Part shown: piece after piece, positions 39,597 through 49,889 of the stretch | Numbering within the stretch: position 1 is the first letter of the stretch | Layout: every line of letters begins with the position of its first letter | Origin: a virus | Length of the DNA: 64,000 bases | Strand: one strand, 5' to 3' | IMG/VR virus record: IMGVR_UViG_3300042463_000890 | Coordinates: 22,649-86,648 of that record | Position numbers and translations under genes: made by a program | The notes under the pieces: model-generated | What the model was told of the DNA's origin: nothing | Databases searched by the model: none | What the model saw: only the letters and a program-made list of their open reading frames with translations

Positions 39597-40000
39597 TGAA
39601 ATTAACCAAAATCGCTAAATCATTAATTTTAGAGGTTGCGTCAATAGAAAATATTGTTGATGCAATTAAAAAACGCCAAAAAATTGTGATTTACTACGAT
39701 GGTGATGAACCAGGTGGTAGGGGTCTTAGAGAGATTGAACCTGTTTGTTTTGGGTATAGTAAATCGGATAATCCCGTATTAAGAGCTTGGGATTCCGAAG
39801 GAGCGTCTCACACGGGTTATAAAGGTGAACAACCTTTACCTGGATGGAGACTTTTTAGGGTCGACAAGATTTTATCATTTAAACCAACAGGAGAAACATT
39901 TAACGAACCTAAACCAAATTACAATCCAAATGGTGACAAAAGCATGAGAAGAGTTATAATTAATGTTGTATTCGATAACAATCAACAACAAACTGTATAA
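39596..40000 (+). CDS. Stand-alone WYL-domain protein
   Basis: DAIKKRQKIVIYY...REIEPVCFG...LRAW...WRLFRVDKI. Confidence 0.75.
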   Translation: MKLTKIAKSLILEVASIENIVDAIKKRQKIVIYYDGDEPGGRGLREIEPVCFGYSKSDNPVLRAWDSEGASHTGYKGEQPLPGWRLFRVDKILSFKPTGETFNEPKPNYNPNGDKSMRRVIINVVFDNNQQQTV

Positions 40001-40001
40001 T

Positions 40002-40586
40002 ATGAATAGTGAAAATGAATTAATCCAAAAACTTATGATGTCTAAAAAAATAATGGACATTCATAGTAAAACACCAAGAAATCAAACTTCAGGTATGAAT
40101 ATTAATATGCCTGTTGTTGAGGAATTTTCAGCTCCACAAGCGTCTTATAATATACCTCAAGACGTTTTAACTGAAGTGAATCAATCACCTGTACCTAAAA
40201 AAATGAATCAAGAAGTTCCTACAGAACAAAGAATCATGTCATCAAAATTACCTGATGAAATTAAACGACTAATGATTGAACACCCAATTGCACAACCAAA
40301 CTCTATGTCTGGCCCTACCTTATCTAATGAGTTAGTTGAAAAGGCATCAAGATTGATGGGTACCACACCAATTCAAGAAAATAATCAACAACAAAGAAGA
40401 CAAACCTCAAATCCAAATGTAAATTTAGATGATATTAGGTCTGTTGTTAGGGAAACTGTTGAGGAGGTTTTGAAAGAAAACGGCCTTTTATTAGAGTCCA
40501 CAAGTAAATCAAGTGAAACAATAACCTTTAAAGTAGGTAAACACGTTTTTGAAGGTAAGGTTACAAAAATTAAAAAATTACAATAA
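40002..40586 (+). CDS. Hypothetical protein (start moved to ATG 40002)
   Basis: MNSENELIQKL... begins 1 nt after the WYL stop; same frame as track ORF 39963. Confidence 0.6.
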   Translation: MNSENELIQKLMMSKKIMDIHSKTPRNQTSGMNINMPVVEEFSAPQASYNIPQDVLTEVNQSPVPKKMNQEVPTEQRIMSSKLPDEIKRLMIEHPIAQPNSMSGPTLSNELVEKASRLMGTTPIQENNQQQRRQTSNPNVNLDDIRSVVRETVEEVLKENGLLLESTSKSSETITFKVGKHVFEGKVTKIKKLQ

Positions 40587-40592
40587 AACTTT

Positions 40593-40620
40593 AACCCCTC
40601 TACATGAGGGGTTTTTTATT
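40593..40620 (+). terminator. Rho-independent terminator
   Basis: AACCCCTC-TACAT-GAGGGGTT-TTTTATT. Confidence 0.85.
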
Positions 40621-40629
40621 TTAATACGG

Positions 40630-40658
40630 TTGATTAAACAAATTAGATGACTTATATT
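40630..40658 (+). promoter_or_regulatory. Sigma70-type promoter of the sugar/nucleotide cluster
   Basis: TTGATT-17 nt-TATATT. Confidence 0.55.
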
Positions 40659-40680
40659 TCAATTATTATATTGAAAAATT

Positions 40681-41901
40681 ATGTCTAAAAAAATTAATGT
40701 TTTAATACTACCATCGGATAAAACTGGTGTTGGTAAATTTCGCTCTGTAGACCCTCATATTATGCTACAAAACATGTATCCTGATGATTTTCATGTGGAT
40801 ATTGATTATGAACCTAGATTGAATGACCCTAACTTTTGGAAAAAGTACCAAATTGTACATGTACATAGAAATATTGGTAATAATTATGACCAAACACCTC
40901 ATTTAATTAGAACTCTAAAACAAATGGGTATTGTTGTTATTGTGGATATCGATGATTATTGGTTACCAACTAAAGAACACCCAATTCATTCAATTATCCT
41001 ACACGATAAAATACATGAAAAAATTATTACAAATTTAAAAGAGGCTAGTTATGTTACAACTACAACAAAAATATTTGCCGATGAAATTCGTAAATTTAAC
41101 AAAAATGTTGTGGTTTTACCAAACGCAATTAACCCAGATGAACCACAATTTAAACAAGCAACAGAAGATTCAGATAAAATAAGAGTCGGTTGGTTAGGCG
41201 GTTCCTCTCACTTATACGATTTAAAACTTTTAGAAGGGTTTATTTCAAAAAATGGTAGTGATATAAATAATAATGTACAATATGTTATTTGTGGATTTGA
41301 CACACGAGGTTCTGTGACTGAAATTGACCAAAAAACAGGACAAAGAAAACAAAGACCTATTAGACCTGAAGAAACTGTTTGGGCAAGATATGAAGAAATT
41401 TTTACTAACAAGTATGGGTTGATTGACGAAAACTATAAAAAGTTTTTGTTAGAATTTAAAGAACAAGAATATAAATCAGATTATACATTACCTTATAGAC
41501 GAGTTTGGACAAAACCTGTAAATGAATATGCGATGAATTATTCTAAATTTGACATTTCATTGGCACCTATTAAGAATCACATATTTAACAGGATGAAGTC
41601 CCAACTTAAAGTTATTGAGGCTGGTTTTTACAAAAAAGCTTTAATCGCATCTCAAGTAGGTCCTTATACTATAGATTTAAAACACGCATTAAAAGAAGGT
41701 CAATTTACTGATGGTAACGCGTTATTAGTTCAAGAAACAAGAAATCACAGTGATTGGTCTAAGTTCATTAAAAAATTAGTACAAAACCCAAATTTAATTA
41801 CTGACTTGGGTGAACGTCTTTATGAAACTGTTAAAGACACTTATGATTTAAGAAACGTGACAATAACAAGAGCAGAATTTTATAAATCATTAATTAAATA
41901 A
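40681..41901 (+). CDS. GT-B fold glycosyltransferase (GT4-like)
   Basis: DIDDYW, VLPNAI, VGWLGGSSH, DISLAP...FNRMKSQLKVIEAG. Confidence 0.8.
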   Translation: MSKKINVLILPSDKTGVGKFRSVDPHIMLQNMYPDDFHVDIDYEPRLNDPNFWKKYQIVHVHRNIGNNYDQTPHLIRTLKQMGIVVIVDIDDYWLPTKEHPIHSIILHDKIHEKIITNLKEASYVTTTTKIFADEIRKFNKNVVVLPNAINPDEPQFKQATEDSDKIRVGWLGGSSHLYDLKLLEGFISKNGSDINNNVQYVICGFDTRGSVTEIDQKTGQRKQRPIRPEETVWARYEEIFTNKYGLIDENYKKFLLEFKEQEYKSDYTLPYRRVWTKPVNEYAMNYSKFDISLAPIKNHIFNRMKSQLKVIEAGFYKKALIASQVGPYTIDLKHALKEGQFTDGNALLVQETRNHSDWSKFIKKLVQNPNLITDLGERLYETVKDTYDLRNVTITRAEFYKSLIK

Positions 41902-41902
41902 T

Positions 41903-42376
41903 ATGGAAGCACCAAAAAAAGTTATCGGTTTTACTGCGGGTAATTTTGACTTATTACACCCTGGATACATTTATACGTTTGAGACTGCAAAACAACATTG
42001 TGATTATTTTATGGTTTTTTTACAAAGAGACCCTTCTGAAACAAGATTTACAAAATATAAACCTGTAATTCCTCTTTATGAAAGATATAAAACTTTAATG
42101 TCGATTAAGTATATTGATGAGGTTGTAACATATCAAACTGAAGAAGACTTAATTAAATTAATTGAATTTTATAGACCTGATGTTAGGATTCTTGGGGATG
42201 ATTACATTGGTAAAAGATTTACTGGTGACCATCTGCCGATTAAAGTAATATATACTACTCGTTCACATAATTGGTCTACAACAAAGATTAAAGATTTAAT
42301 TACCGTTCAGACAATCAAACAAAATCCTGAAATTTTAAATAAATTAGAAAATTATGATAAAGATACCAATAACTAA
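41903..42376 (+). CDS. Cytidylyltransferase (TagD/RfaE-like)
   Basis: GFTAGNFDLLHPGY, ER, GDDY, WSTTKIK. Confidence 0.8.
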   Translation: MEAPKKVIGFTAGNFDLLHPGYIYTFETAKQHCDYFMVFLQRDPSETRFTKYKPVIPLYERYKTLMSIKYIDEVVTYQTEEDLIKLIEFYRPDVRILGDDYIGKRFTGDHLPIKVIYTTRSHNWSTTKIKDLITVQTIKQNPEILNKLENYDKDTNN

Positions 42377-43076
42377 AATTTTATTTTTAGACATTGAAAC
42401 TGTTGGGTGTTGTCCTGACTATGAAGTTTGCCAGAATTTAAATCCTGAAATGGCTAATCAATATGAAAAGTATTTTGATTGGTTTTTAAAAAGATTTCCT
42501 GAAGATAACCAAATTGGGATGGAATCTTTAACACATCAAATGAATGAGGTCTTTAAAAAACGAGCAGGTCTTGTACCTGAATTTGCCAAAATAATTTGTG
42601 TTAGTATGGCCTTTGTTATGGATAATGGAGAGGTTAAAAAACAAACATTTGCAAGTGATGATGAAAAAGAAATCCTTACTCAAGTTCAAAAACTCTTAGT
42701 TAGATGCGGTAACTTAGATTTCTTTTTATGTGGACATAATCTAAAGAATTTCGATATTCCTATGTTGGCCAAAAGAATGATAATTAATGGATTAACTCCT
42801 CCATCAATTCTCCCATCTTATGATACCAAACCATGGGAAGTTAAGGCTATCGACACCAAAGAAATTTGGCAATATGGGTCATATACTTCAATAGGGTCTT
42901 TAGATTTATTATGTACATGTTTAGGAATTGAGTCTCCTAAAGATGGTGAAATTACTGGAGATAAAGTACATAAATCTTATTGGGAAGAGAATAAATTATC
43001 TGAAATTTCAGAATATTGTGAAAAAGATGTTAAAGTATTAATCGACATTATTAAAAAATTAAAAGAACTACAATGA
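42354..43076 (+). CDS. PolB-like 3'-5' exonuclease
   Basis: FLDIET, GHNLKNFDIP, YCEKDV. Confidence 0.8.
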   Translation: MIKIPITKILFLDIETVGCCPDYEVCQNLNPEMANQYEKYFDWFLKRFPEDNQIGMESLTHQMNEVFKKRAGLVPEFAKIICVSMAFVMDNGEVKKQTFASDDEKEILTQVQKLLVRCGNLDFFLCGHNLKNFDIPMLAKRMIINGLTPPSILPSYDTKPWEVKAIDTKEIWQYGSYTSIGSLDLLCTCLGIESPKDGEITGDKVHKSYWEENKLSEISEYCEKDVKVLIDIIKKLKELQ

Positions 43077-43663
43077 CACCAAATTTGATAGATTTACAAG
43101 AACAATTAAAGAAATTACAAGACATGGTTAATAGTGAAGAAGAGATTGACTATGATGATATAATGAATGAAATTGGTTTAGACATCAAACAATTAGATGA
43201 GGACATGAGAAATTACACTCCTCAATTACCTTTAAAATTCTCTAAATTACATCCTGATGCGGTTGAGCCTAAGTATAACTACCCAACCGACTCAGGTTTT
43301 GACTTACATTCAGTAGAAGATTTAGAGATTCCTGCTTTTGGTAGAATTTTAGTACCAACAGGACTTTCTTTCGATATTAAAGATGGATATGAAATCCAAG
43401 TTAGGTCTAAAAGTGGTTTGGCAATTAAACAAGGACTAATGGTTCTTAACTCACCAGGTACTGTTGATAACGGTTACACGGGCGAAGTACAAGTAATTGT
43501 TTTTAACACCAACAATTATTCTGTGGTCATTCCTAAAGGTATGAAAGTTGGTCAAGCGGTTTTATGTCCTGTAGTTAATGGTAAATGGGTTGAGCTGATT
43601 GAAAAAAATAAAATATCTGAAAAGGATAGAGGTAATAACGGATTTGGTAGCACAGGAATATGA
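43073..43663 (+). CDS. dut: Trimeric dUTPase
   Basis: SGFDL, RSKSGL, GTVDNGYTGE, GQ, RGNNGFGSTG. Confidence 0.95.
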   Translation: MTPNLIDLQEQLKKLQDMVNSEEEIDYDDIMNEIGLDIKQLDEDMRNYTPQLPLKFSKLHPDAVEPKYNYPTDSGFDLHSVEDLEIPAFGRILVPTGLSFDIKDGYEIQVRSKSGLAIKQGLMVLNSPGTVDNGYTGEVQVIVFNTNNYSVVIPKGMKVGQAVLCPVVNGKWVELIEKNKISEKDRGNNGFGSTGI

Positions 43664-45156
43664 TAACTATAATTTATTCAACCCATAAAAATACAGAATA
43701 CAATAACAAGTTTAAACAACATTTGTTACAAACTGTTGGATTGAAAGATGTCCAAATTTTAGAATATCAAAATAATAACCAATATTCACTCACCCAAGTT
43801 TATAATAGTGGTATTACCGAATCAATCTATGATATAGTTGTTTGTTGTCATAATGATATCAAACTTGAAAAAAATTGGGGTAAAAAATTAATTGATGATT
43901 TTTCTAAAAACCCCGAATTCGGTATAATTGGAAAAGCAGGGTCATGTTATTTTCCTGAATCAGGGGTTTACTGGGAAAAGATGAATAAAACTATGGTTGG
44001 TCAAGTATACCATCATCCTGAAGGTCAAAATAAATGGTTAAGTAGGTATTCTGAAAAATTGCCTTTTTTAATTCCTGTTGTAACAATTGATGGTCTTTTT
44101 ATTTCATTTGATAAAACAAAAATAAAATATAAATTTGATGAATCTTTTGGTAGATTCCACTTTTATGACCATGGGTTTTGTTTACCAAATTATATTAATG
44201 ATGTTAAAATAGGTGTTACCTCATCTTTTGAAATTACTCACCAATCTGTAGGTCAGCCAAATCAAGAATTTTATGAGTCCAAAGAAAAATTTTTAAAGAA
44301 ATATGGACATATGTTACCAATGGATTTAAAACCTTCTGAAGTTTTTTACGAAAAAATACAAGAAAAATCTTTAAAAGGTGTCGGTAAAGTTGCGGTTGTA
44401 ATACCAACAAAAGGTAAAATAGAAATGTTGTTTGATTGTGTTAATTCATTTTATCAGCACTGTAACTCAAACTTATTTGAAATATTAATTGCTGACACAG
44501 GTTCTTCAGATGAAGAAAAAGAGTGGATTAAAAATAACATATTAAAATTAGGTAATGTTAAATTAATCGAATACGATTATTACAATTTCGCTAAAATAAA
44601 TAATGATGTAGTTAAAAATCATACCGATGAAACTCATGAGTTTATACTTTTTTGTAATAATGATATAAAAATTTTAAATAATGTTATTTACGGATTACTT
44701 GAAAGTTTTAAACGATTTCCACAAGCAGGAACTATTGGTTGTAGACTTCATTATGATGATAACACCGTACAACATGATGGAATTGTTGCCAAAGTAGATT
44801 CTAATAAAATGTTTAGGGTCGATAACAAATCAACAGGGTCTTATTACAATTACACAACAAATAGTAAAGAAGTTTTAGGTAATTCCGCGGCTTTATTTAT
44901 GATTAGAAAAAATGTTTTTATTAAACTTGGGATGTTTAATGAAAAGTATTCTAATTGTTTTGAAGATGTTGAAATTAACCTTAAATCAATAGTTATGGGT
45001 CATAGAAATTATATTTGTGGTAATTGCGTTGCGTATCATTACGAAAGTAAAACAAGGGAAAGGAATGCTGATGTTGAAAAACAAGACTACTATAATAATT
45101 TAATCCCATTCGTTCAAAAATATCTTGATAAATTCATCACTAAGTTATATATTTAA
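43660..45156 (+). CDS. Two-domain GT2-family glycosyltransferase
   Basis: CCHND...FHFYD; VVIPT...ADTGSSD...FCNND...FEDVE...HYESKTR. Confidence 0.85.
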   Translation: MITIIYSTHKNTEYNNKFKQHLLQTVGLKDVQILEYQNNNQYSLTQVYNSGITESIYDIVVCCHNDIKLEKNWGKKLIDDFSKNPEFGIIGKAGSCYFPESGVYWEKMNKTMVGQVYHHPEGQNKWLSRYSEKLPFLIPVVTIDGLFISFDKTKIKYKFDESFGRFHFYDHGFCLPNYINDVKIGVTSSFEITHQSVGQPNQEFYESKEKFLKKYGHMLPMDLKPSEVFYEKIQEKSLKGVGKVAVVIPTKGKIEMLFDCVNSFYQHCNSNLFEILIADTGSSDEEKEWIKNNILKLGNVKLIEYDYYNFAKINNDVVKNHTDETHEFILFCNNDIKILNNVIYGLLESFKRFPQAGTIGCRLHYDDNTVQHDGIVAKVDSNKMFRVDNKSTGSYYNYTTNSKEVLGNSAALFMIRKNVFIKLGMFNEKYSNCFEDVEINLKSIVMGHRNYICGNCVAYHYESKTRERNADVEKQDYYNNLIPFVQKYLDKFITKLYI

Positions 45157-45158
45157 TT

Positions 45159-45788
45159 ATGGCTAACGGAATATATAAAATAACAGAGGACTTCGAAAAA
45201 GAATTGTCCGAATACACAAAAGCGCCGTATGTTGTTACGGTAGATAACCAAAGTAACGCATTGTTTTTATCATTAATGTACGAAAAAGTAAAAGGTATGG
45301 AAATTGAGATTCCTTGTCGAACTTACCCTTCAGTACCATGTGAGATAATTCATGCAGGAGGTAAAGTTAAATTTAAACCTGTCGAAGGTAAAACCATAAA
45401 AGGGTCTTATCAACTATACCCAACCAAGGTATGGGATTCAGCACTTTCATTTACTTACGGAATGTATAAACCAAATACCCATATGTGTATTTCATTTACA
45501 GGTCCATATAAACATTTTAAATTATCTAAAGGTGGGGCAATTTTAACTGATGATTATGACGCTTACTTGTGGTTTAAAAGAGCTAGATACAGTGGTAGAA
45601 GAGAATGTTCTTATCATGATGACCATTTTGATATGTTAGGATGGAATTTTTACATGATGCCTGAATTAGCCGCAAGAGGAGTTTTATTAATGAAACAATT
45701 TTATAATGTAGATGGTACTCCTAAACACAATGAAGACTTAGAATTACCATATCCTGATTTATCTAAATTTGATGTCTACAAAAAATAA
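45159..45788 (+). CDS. Short DegT/DnrJ/EryC1/StrS-type sugar aminotransferase
   Basis: FEKELSEY, TYPSVP, DSA, SFTGPYK...GGAILTDD, GWNFYM; only 209 aa. Confidence 0.75.
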   Translation: MANGIYKITEDFEKELSEYTKAPYVVTVDNQSNALFLSLMYEKVKGMEIEIPCRTYPSVPCEIIHAGGKVKFKPVEGKTIKGSYQLYPTKVWDSALSFTYGMYKPNTHMCISFTGPYKHFKLSKGGAILTDDYDAYLWFKRARYSGRRECSYHDDHFDMLGWNFYMMPELAARGVLLMKQFYNVDGTPKHNEDLELPYPDLSKFDVYKK

Positions 45789-46479
45789 ACATATCTGTAT
45801 ATTCATTTGTTACAATAATTTTGAACATATTGTAAAATGCTTTGAGTCTGTAAAAAATTTACCAATTGATTTTTTTATAATTGAAAATTTTTCTGAGAAT
45901 TCGGGTCATATTGAGGAATTTTTTAGAAACCAAAATATTAAAGGGTATGTTCAATTTGAGAAGAACATTACAAATAATGCGGTAAACGTAATAAAAAAAG
46001 ATTTTTCCGATTTATTTGAATCGTATGAGTACATCACTTTTTCGGACTGTGACTTATTAACCGCAAATTCACAGTCTTTGTTTGATGAAATTTATAAAAT
46101 TTTAGACTACGACGATGTTGGAGTTTGTTGTTCTTCGCTATCTATGAATAATTTACCTAACGTACCCGACTCCAACTCTTGGATACCTCAGCCAATTTCA
46201 TTTCACAAAGATTATATCAATACTAATACAGGTATTCATTTTATGACAATGAAACAAAAAAATTATAAATTATTGGATGATGTTAATTTCAAAGATGGAC
46301 ATATGTCATCGATAATTAGAAATAAGAAATTAAAGTGGGTATCGACAAAGTATAACAACGTTATACATCTCACATGGGATTTATATCATAAAGGTAATGA
46401 TTATTATGAATATAAAATTAAAAATAAATCGACCATTTGGAATCATTCTGAGACTTCTAATTATAAAATAGTAAAATGA
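45769..46479 (+). CDS. GT-A glycosyltransferase-like protein
   Basis: FICYNN, IIENFS, FSDCD. Confidence 0.55.
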   Translation: MMSTKNKHICIFICYNNFEHIVKCFESVKNLPIDFFIIENFSENSGHIEEFFRNQNIKGYVQFEKNITNNAVNVIKKDFSDLFESYEYITFSDCDLLTANSQSLFDEIYKILDYDDVGVCCSSLSMNNLPNVPDSNSWIPQPISFHKDYINTNTGIHFMTMKQKNYKLLDDVNFKDGHMSSIIRNKKLKWVSTKYNNVIHLTWDLYHKGNDYYEYKIKNKSTIWNHSETSNYKIVK

Positions 46480-47057
46480 AAAAAGCATTAATTGGTTTTG
46501 GCGGGCATTCTAGAGAGGTGATAGCCCAAATGGACCAAAAAATACCATGTTTTGTGGACGACCAATATGTGAGACATGAAGATGACACAATTCCACTTTC
46601 ATTATTTAATCCTGAAGAATATGAAGTAATGATTGCCATATCCAATCCAACTAATAGAATGGAAGTTGTAAATAGGTTACCGAAAAAAACTAAATTTTTT
46701 AATTTCATACACCCAACGGCATTGATAATGTCGGATGTGAAAATAGGTCATGGATGTTTTATAGGTGCTTATTCTGTTGTTACCACTAACATTACAATTG
46801 GTAACCACTGTATTTTAAATCGAGGTAACCACATAGGACACGATTCAATGATAGGAGATTTTTTTAGTTCTATGCCATGTTCAGTTGTATCTGGAAATTG
46901 TACAATAGGGAATAGAGTTTACTTAGGAACTAATTCATCTATACGTGAAAAAATTGAAATCTGTGATGACGTAACTATCGGGTTAAATTCGGGAGTTGTT
47001 AAAAACATAAAAGAAAGTGGTGTGTATGTCGGGTCACCATCAAAAAAAATTAAATGA
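46476..47057 (+). CDS. NeuD/PglD-like hexapeptide-repeat acyltransferase
   Basis: IGFGGHSREV, IHPTA, IGHD, LbH repeats, YVGSPSK. Confidence 0.88.
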   Translation: MKKALIGFGGHSREVIAQMDQKIPCFVDDQYVRHEDDTIPLSLFNPEEYEVMIAISNPTNRMEVVNRLPKKTKFFNFIHPTALIMSDVKIGHGCFIGAYSVVTTNITIGNHCILNRGNHIGHDSMIGDFFSSMPCSVVSGNCTIGNRVYLGTNSSIREKIEICDDVTIGLNSGVVKNIKESGVYVGSPSKKIK

Positions 47058-47779
47058 TGAAAAATATAAAATTAGGTATTGTTATTGCCACCTATCGTAG
47101 AGATGATGGAAAAAGTTCTGAATTTTTATACAGAACATTAGAGAGTATAAAAAAACAAACTTATAAAAATTATAAAATATTTTTAATAGGTGATAAATAC
47201 GAAAAACCAAACGAAGTTATCCAAATAATAGAAAAACTACAATTAAAGAATATATATTTTGAGAATTTACCTGTTGCTAAAGAACGAGAAAAATATACAG
47301 GTCATACCTTATGGTCTTACGGTGGTGTGAACGCAATTAATCACGGAGTTAAAAAAGCTTTAAATGAAGGATATGAATATATCTGTCATTTAGACCATGA
47401 TGATTGGTGGTATGAGAATCATTTAGAATTAATTAATGAATGTATTAATAAAACTAACTCCGATTGGATTTGTACTAAATCTACTTACAGAAACCCATTT
47501 TTTTTCTTACCAAGAATAGAGTCTAATGATTTGTATTATCCAATAGAACCTAGGTCCTCTTCATTAATTCACTCTTCAGTATGTATGAATTTTAAAAAGA
47601 TTCCATTGTTATATAGGGATATTTATGAAGAAACAGGGGTATGTGGATTACCTACCGATGCAGACCTATGGGAAAGATGTAGAGGTTATATACAAAAAAA
47701 TAATTTAAAAAGTATATTAATAAACCGAATAACTTGTCGACACGATGAAGAAGGATACGAAAGACTTAAAAAAAATTAA
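47054..47779 (+). CDS. GT2-family glycosyltransferase
   Basis: IVIATYRR, AINHG, HLDHDDWW. Confidence 0.8.
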   Translation: MMKNIKLGIVIATYRRDDGKSSEFLYRTLESIKKQTYKNYKIFLIGDKYEKPNEVIQIIEKLQLKNIYFENLPVAKEREKYTGHTLWSYGGVNAINHGVKKALNEGYEYICHLDHDDWWYENHLELINECINKTNSDWICTKSTYRNPFFFLPRIESNDLYYPIEPRSSSLIHSSVCMNFKKIPLLYRDIYEETGVCGLPTDADLWERCRGYIQKNNLKSILINRITCRHDEEGYERLKKN

Positions 47780-48416
47780 CATTACAAAAGAATCATTAGA
47801 TATGGTTAACCATATCATTAAAAACATGGACGGTAAATCTTTCCATAATCATTACCATATTTTATTTGATATTTGTAATGACTTGGGAAAAAATAATATA
47901 ACTTATTTAGAAATCGGAGCGTATTGTGGAGGTTCCGCATCATTAGTATCAACAAATAAAAATGTGTCTAAAGTTTATAGTATTGATATTGGTAAACCTA
48001 TTTCTAAAGAAATACCAATAAAAAATGTGAATAAATTTAAACACGATAATTGTTATTACGAATATGTTCAAGGAGATTCAATGTCTAATAATGTTATTGA
48101 TTTAGTTAAATCTAAAATAGAAAAAGTAGACGTTCTTTTTATTGATGGGGACCATACATATAACGCGGTGATAAATGATTTTAATAACTATAAAGACTTA
48201 GTAAACGAAGGAGGATTTATAGTTTTTGATGATTACAATGATAAAAACCATAGTCCTCAGGTATTTCCTGCGGTTAACGATATTGTAAAAACATTAGATA
48301 CCGATGAGTATGAAATTATTGGTAGTTTAGTTTATGATTTGTTAAAGATGACTAATATTCCTCATTTTTCGGAAAGTAATGAATTTATTTTAAGAAAAAA
48401 ATATCTTAATGAGTAA
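47745..48416 (+). CDS. Class I SAM methyltransferase (Methyltransf_24-like)
   Basis: YLEIGAYCGGS, LFIDGDHTY, GGFIVFDDY. Confidence 0.85.
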   Translation: MKKDTKDLKKINITKESLDMVNHIIKNMDGKSFHNHYHILFDICNDLGKNNITYLEIGAYCGGSASLVSTNKNVSKVYSIDIGKPISKEIPIKNVNKFKHDNCYYEYVQGDSMSNNVIDLVKSKIEKVDVLFIDGDHTYNAVINDFNNYKDLVNEGGFIVFDDYNDKNHSPQVFPAVNDIVKTLDTDEYEIIGSLVYDLLKMTNIPHFSESNEFILRKKYLNE

Positions 48417-49227
48417 AATTATAAATTTCGCCCCAACAGGTACTCAAACTAATAAAGATAATTCTTTTGCACCACTTACACCAAATGAGATTATTGAAGA
48501 GGTCCATGAGGCCTATGAATTAGGTATTACCCTTACCCATATTCACGCGAGAGACCCGATTACTTTAGATAATACATATAAGAAAAATGTTTATCGGGAA
48601 ATTATTGAGGGAATTAGAAAACATTGCCCTGATTTATGTATTTGTGTGTCTTTAACTGGTAGACTATTTCCTGAATTTGAAAAGAGGTCTGAAGTTTTAG
48701 AGTTATACCCTGATATGGGGTCATTGACTATGTCTTCTTTAAACTTTCCAGGAGGAGCCTCAGTGAATGAACCTACTATTATTTTAAAATTAATTGATAA
48801 GATGTATGAGTATGGTGTAACTCCTGAAATAGAATGTTTTGATTCAGGTATGATTAATTACACAAATTACTTAATTGAAAAGGGGATTCTTAAAGGTCCC
48901 CATTATATTAATATGATTTTAGGTAACATGTATAACTCTCAGGCAGATTTACCGACAATATCTTCAATTTATCATAACAAACCAAAAAATTCATTGGTAT
49001 GTTTAGGGGGAATCGGGAAAGAACAACTTAAATCCAATATAATTGGTTTATTATATTTTGACGGATTAAGAGTAGGTCTTGAAGATAACTTATATTACAA
49101 CAATAAAGAAAAAACCACTAATTTAGATTTGTTAAAAAGAATCTATGGAATAATGGATTTAATAAACTTTTCTGTGATGAGTCACAATGAATTCTCAAAA
49201 AAAGGGTTTAAAAATTTTAAATTGTGA
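48409..49227 (+). CDS. Beta-keto acid cleavage enzyme (BKACE/Kce, DUF849)
   Basis: IINFAPTG, PLTPNEI, HIHARD, PDMGSL, PEIECFD, RVGLEDN. Confidence 0.88.
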   Translation: MSKIINFAPTGTQTNKDNSFAPLTPNEIIEEVHEAYELGITLTHIHARDPITLDNTYKKNVYREIIEGIRKHCPDLCICVSLTGRLFPEFEKRSEVLELYPDMGSLTMSSLNFPGGASVNEPTIILKLIDKMYEYGVTPEIECFDSGMINYTNYLIEKGILKGPHYINMILGNMYNSQADLPTISSIYHNKPKNSLVCLGGIGKEQLKSNIIGLLYFDGLRVGLEDNLYYNNKEKTTNLDLLKRIYGIMDLINFSVMSHNEFSKKGFKNFKL

Positions 49228-49889
49228 TTTTATCGATTAATCAACCATATTTTTTCCCTTACATACCATTTTACCAAATGGTTAAATCCTCGGACGTTTT
49301 TATTTCCTTAGACTACGTAACATACATGAAAGGAAAATTTATTAATAGAAATTCAATAACCGATAATCGAGATAGAACTATAAAATTTGTATTAAAATTA
49401 AATAATTGTTCCTCATTTAAAAAAATAAATGAGGTTGAAATAAAAGACCTATCCTTTGAAAAGGATAACTTTTTAAAAAAATTAAGGATTGTATATGGAA
49501 CAAAAAAGGTCAACTCTGAAGTATATGATTTAGTAGATTCATGTTTTACGTCAAATTTAATTTCGGAAATATCGCACAATTCAATTAAAAACGTTTTTTC
49601 ATTTTTAGGTATTAATAAAACAATTTTATTATGTTCTGAATCCTTTCCTAATTACGTCGAACATAAAAAAGAAAATAGAATATACGGTATTTGCGAGGAA
49701 TTAAATTGTCACAAATATGTTAACTTACCTAACGGAAGTTCCATATATAACAAAGAAGATTTTACTAAAAAAAATATTGAATTATCATTTATTTTAAATG
49801 AATTTAATTATAACACTTCAATTTTAGATTTTTTATTTAGAGAAAACAAAGAACAACTAATTAATAGGTTAAATAATTATCATCTATGA
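49224..49889 (+). CDS. WbqC-like protein
   Basis: QPYFFPYIPFYQ...D.F..LD.V...INRN; SILDFLF. Confidence 0.8.
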   Translation: MILSINQPYFFPYIPFYQMVKSSDVFISLDYVTYMKGKFINRNSITDNRDRTIKFVLKLNNCSSFKKINEVEIKDLSFEKDNFLKKLRIVYGTKKVNSEVYDLVDSCFTSNLISEISHNSIKNVFSFLGINKTILLCSESFPNYVEHKKENRIYGICEELNCHKYVNLPNGSSIYNKEDFTKKNIELSFILNEFNYNTSILDFLFRENKEQLINRLNNYHL

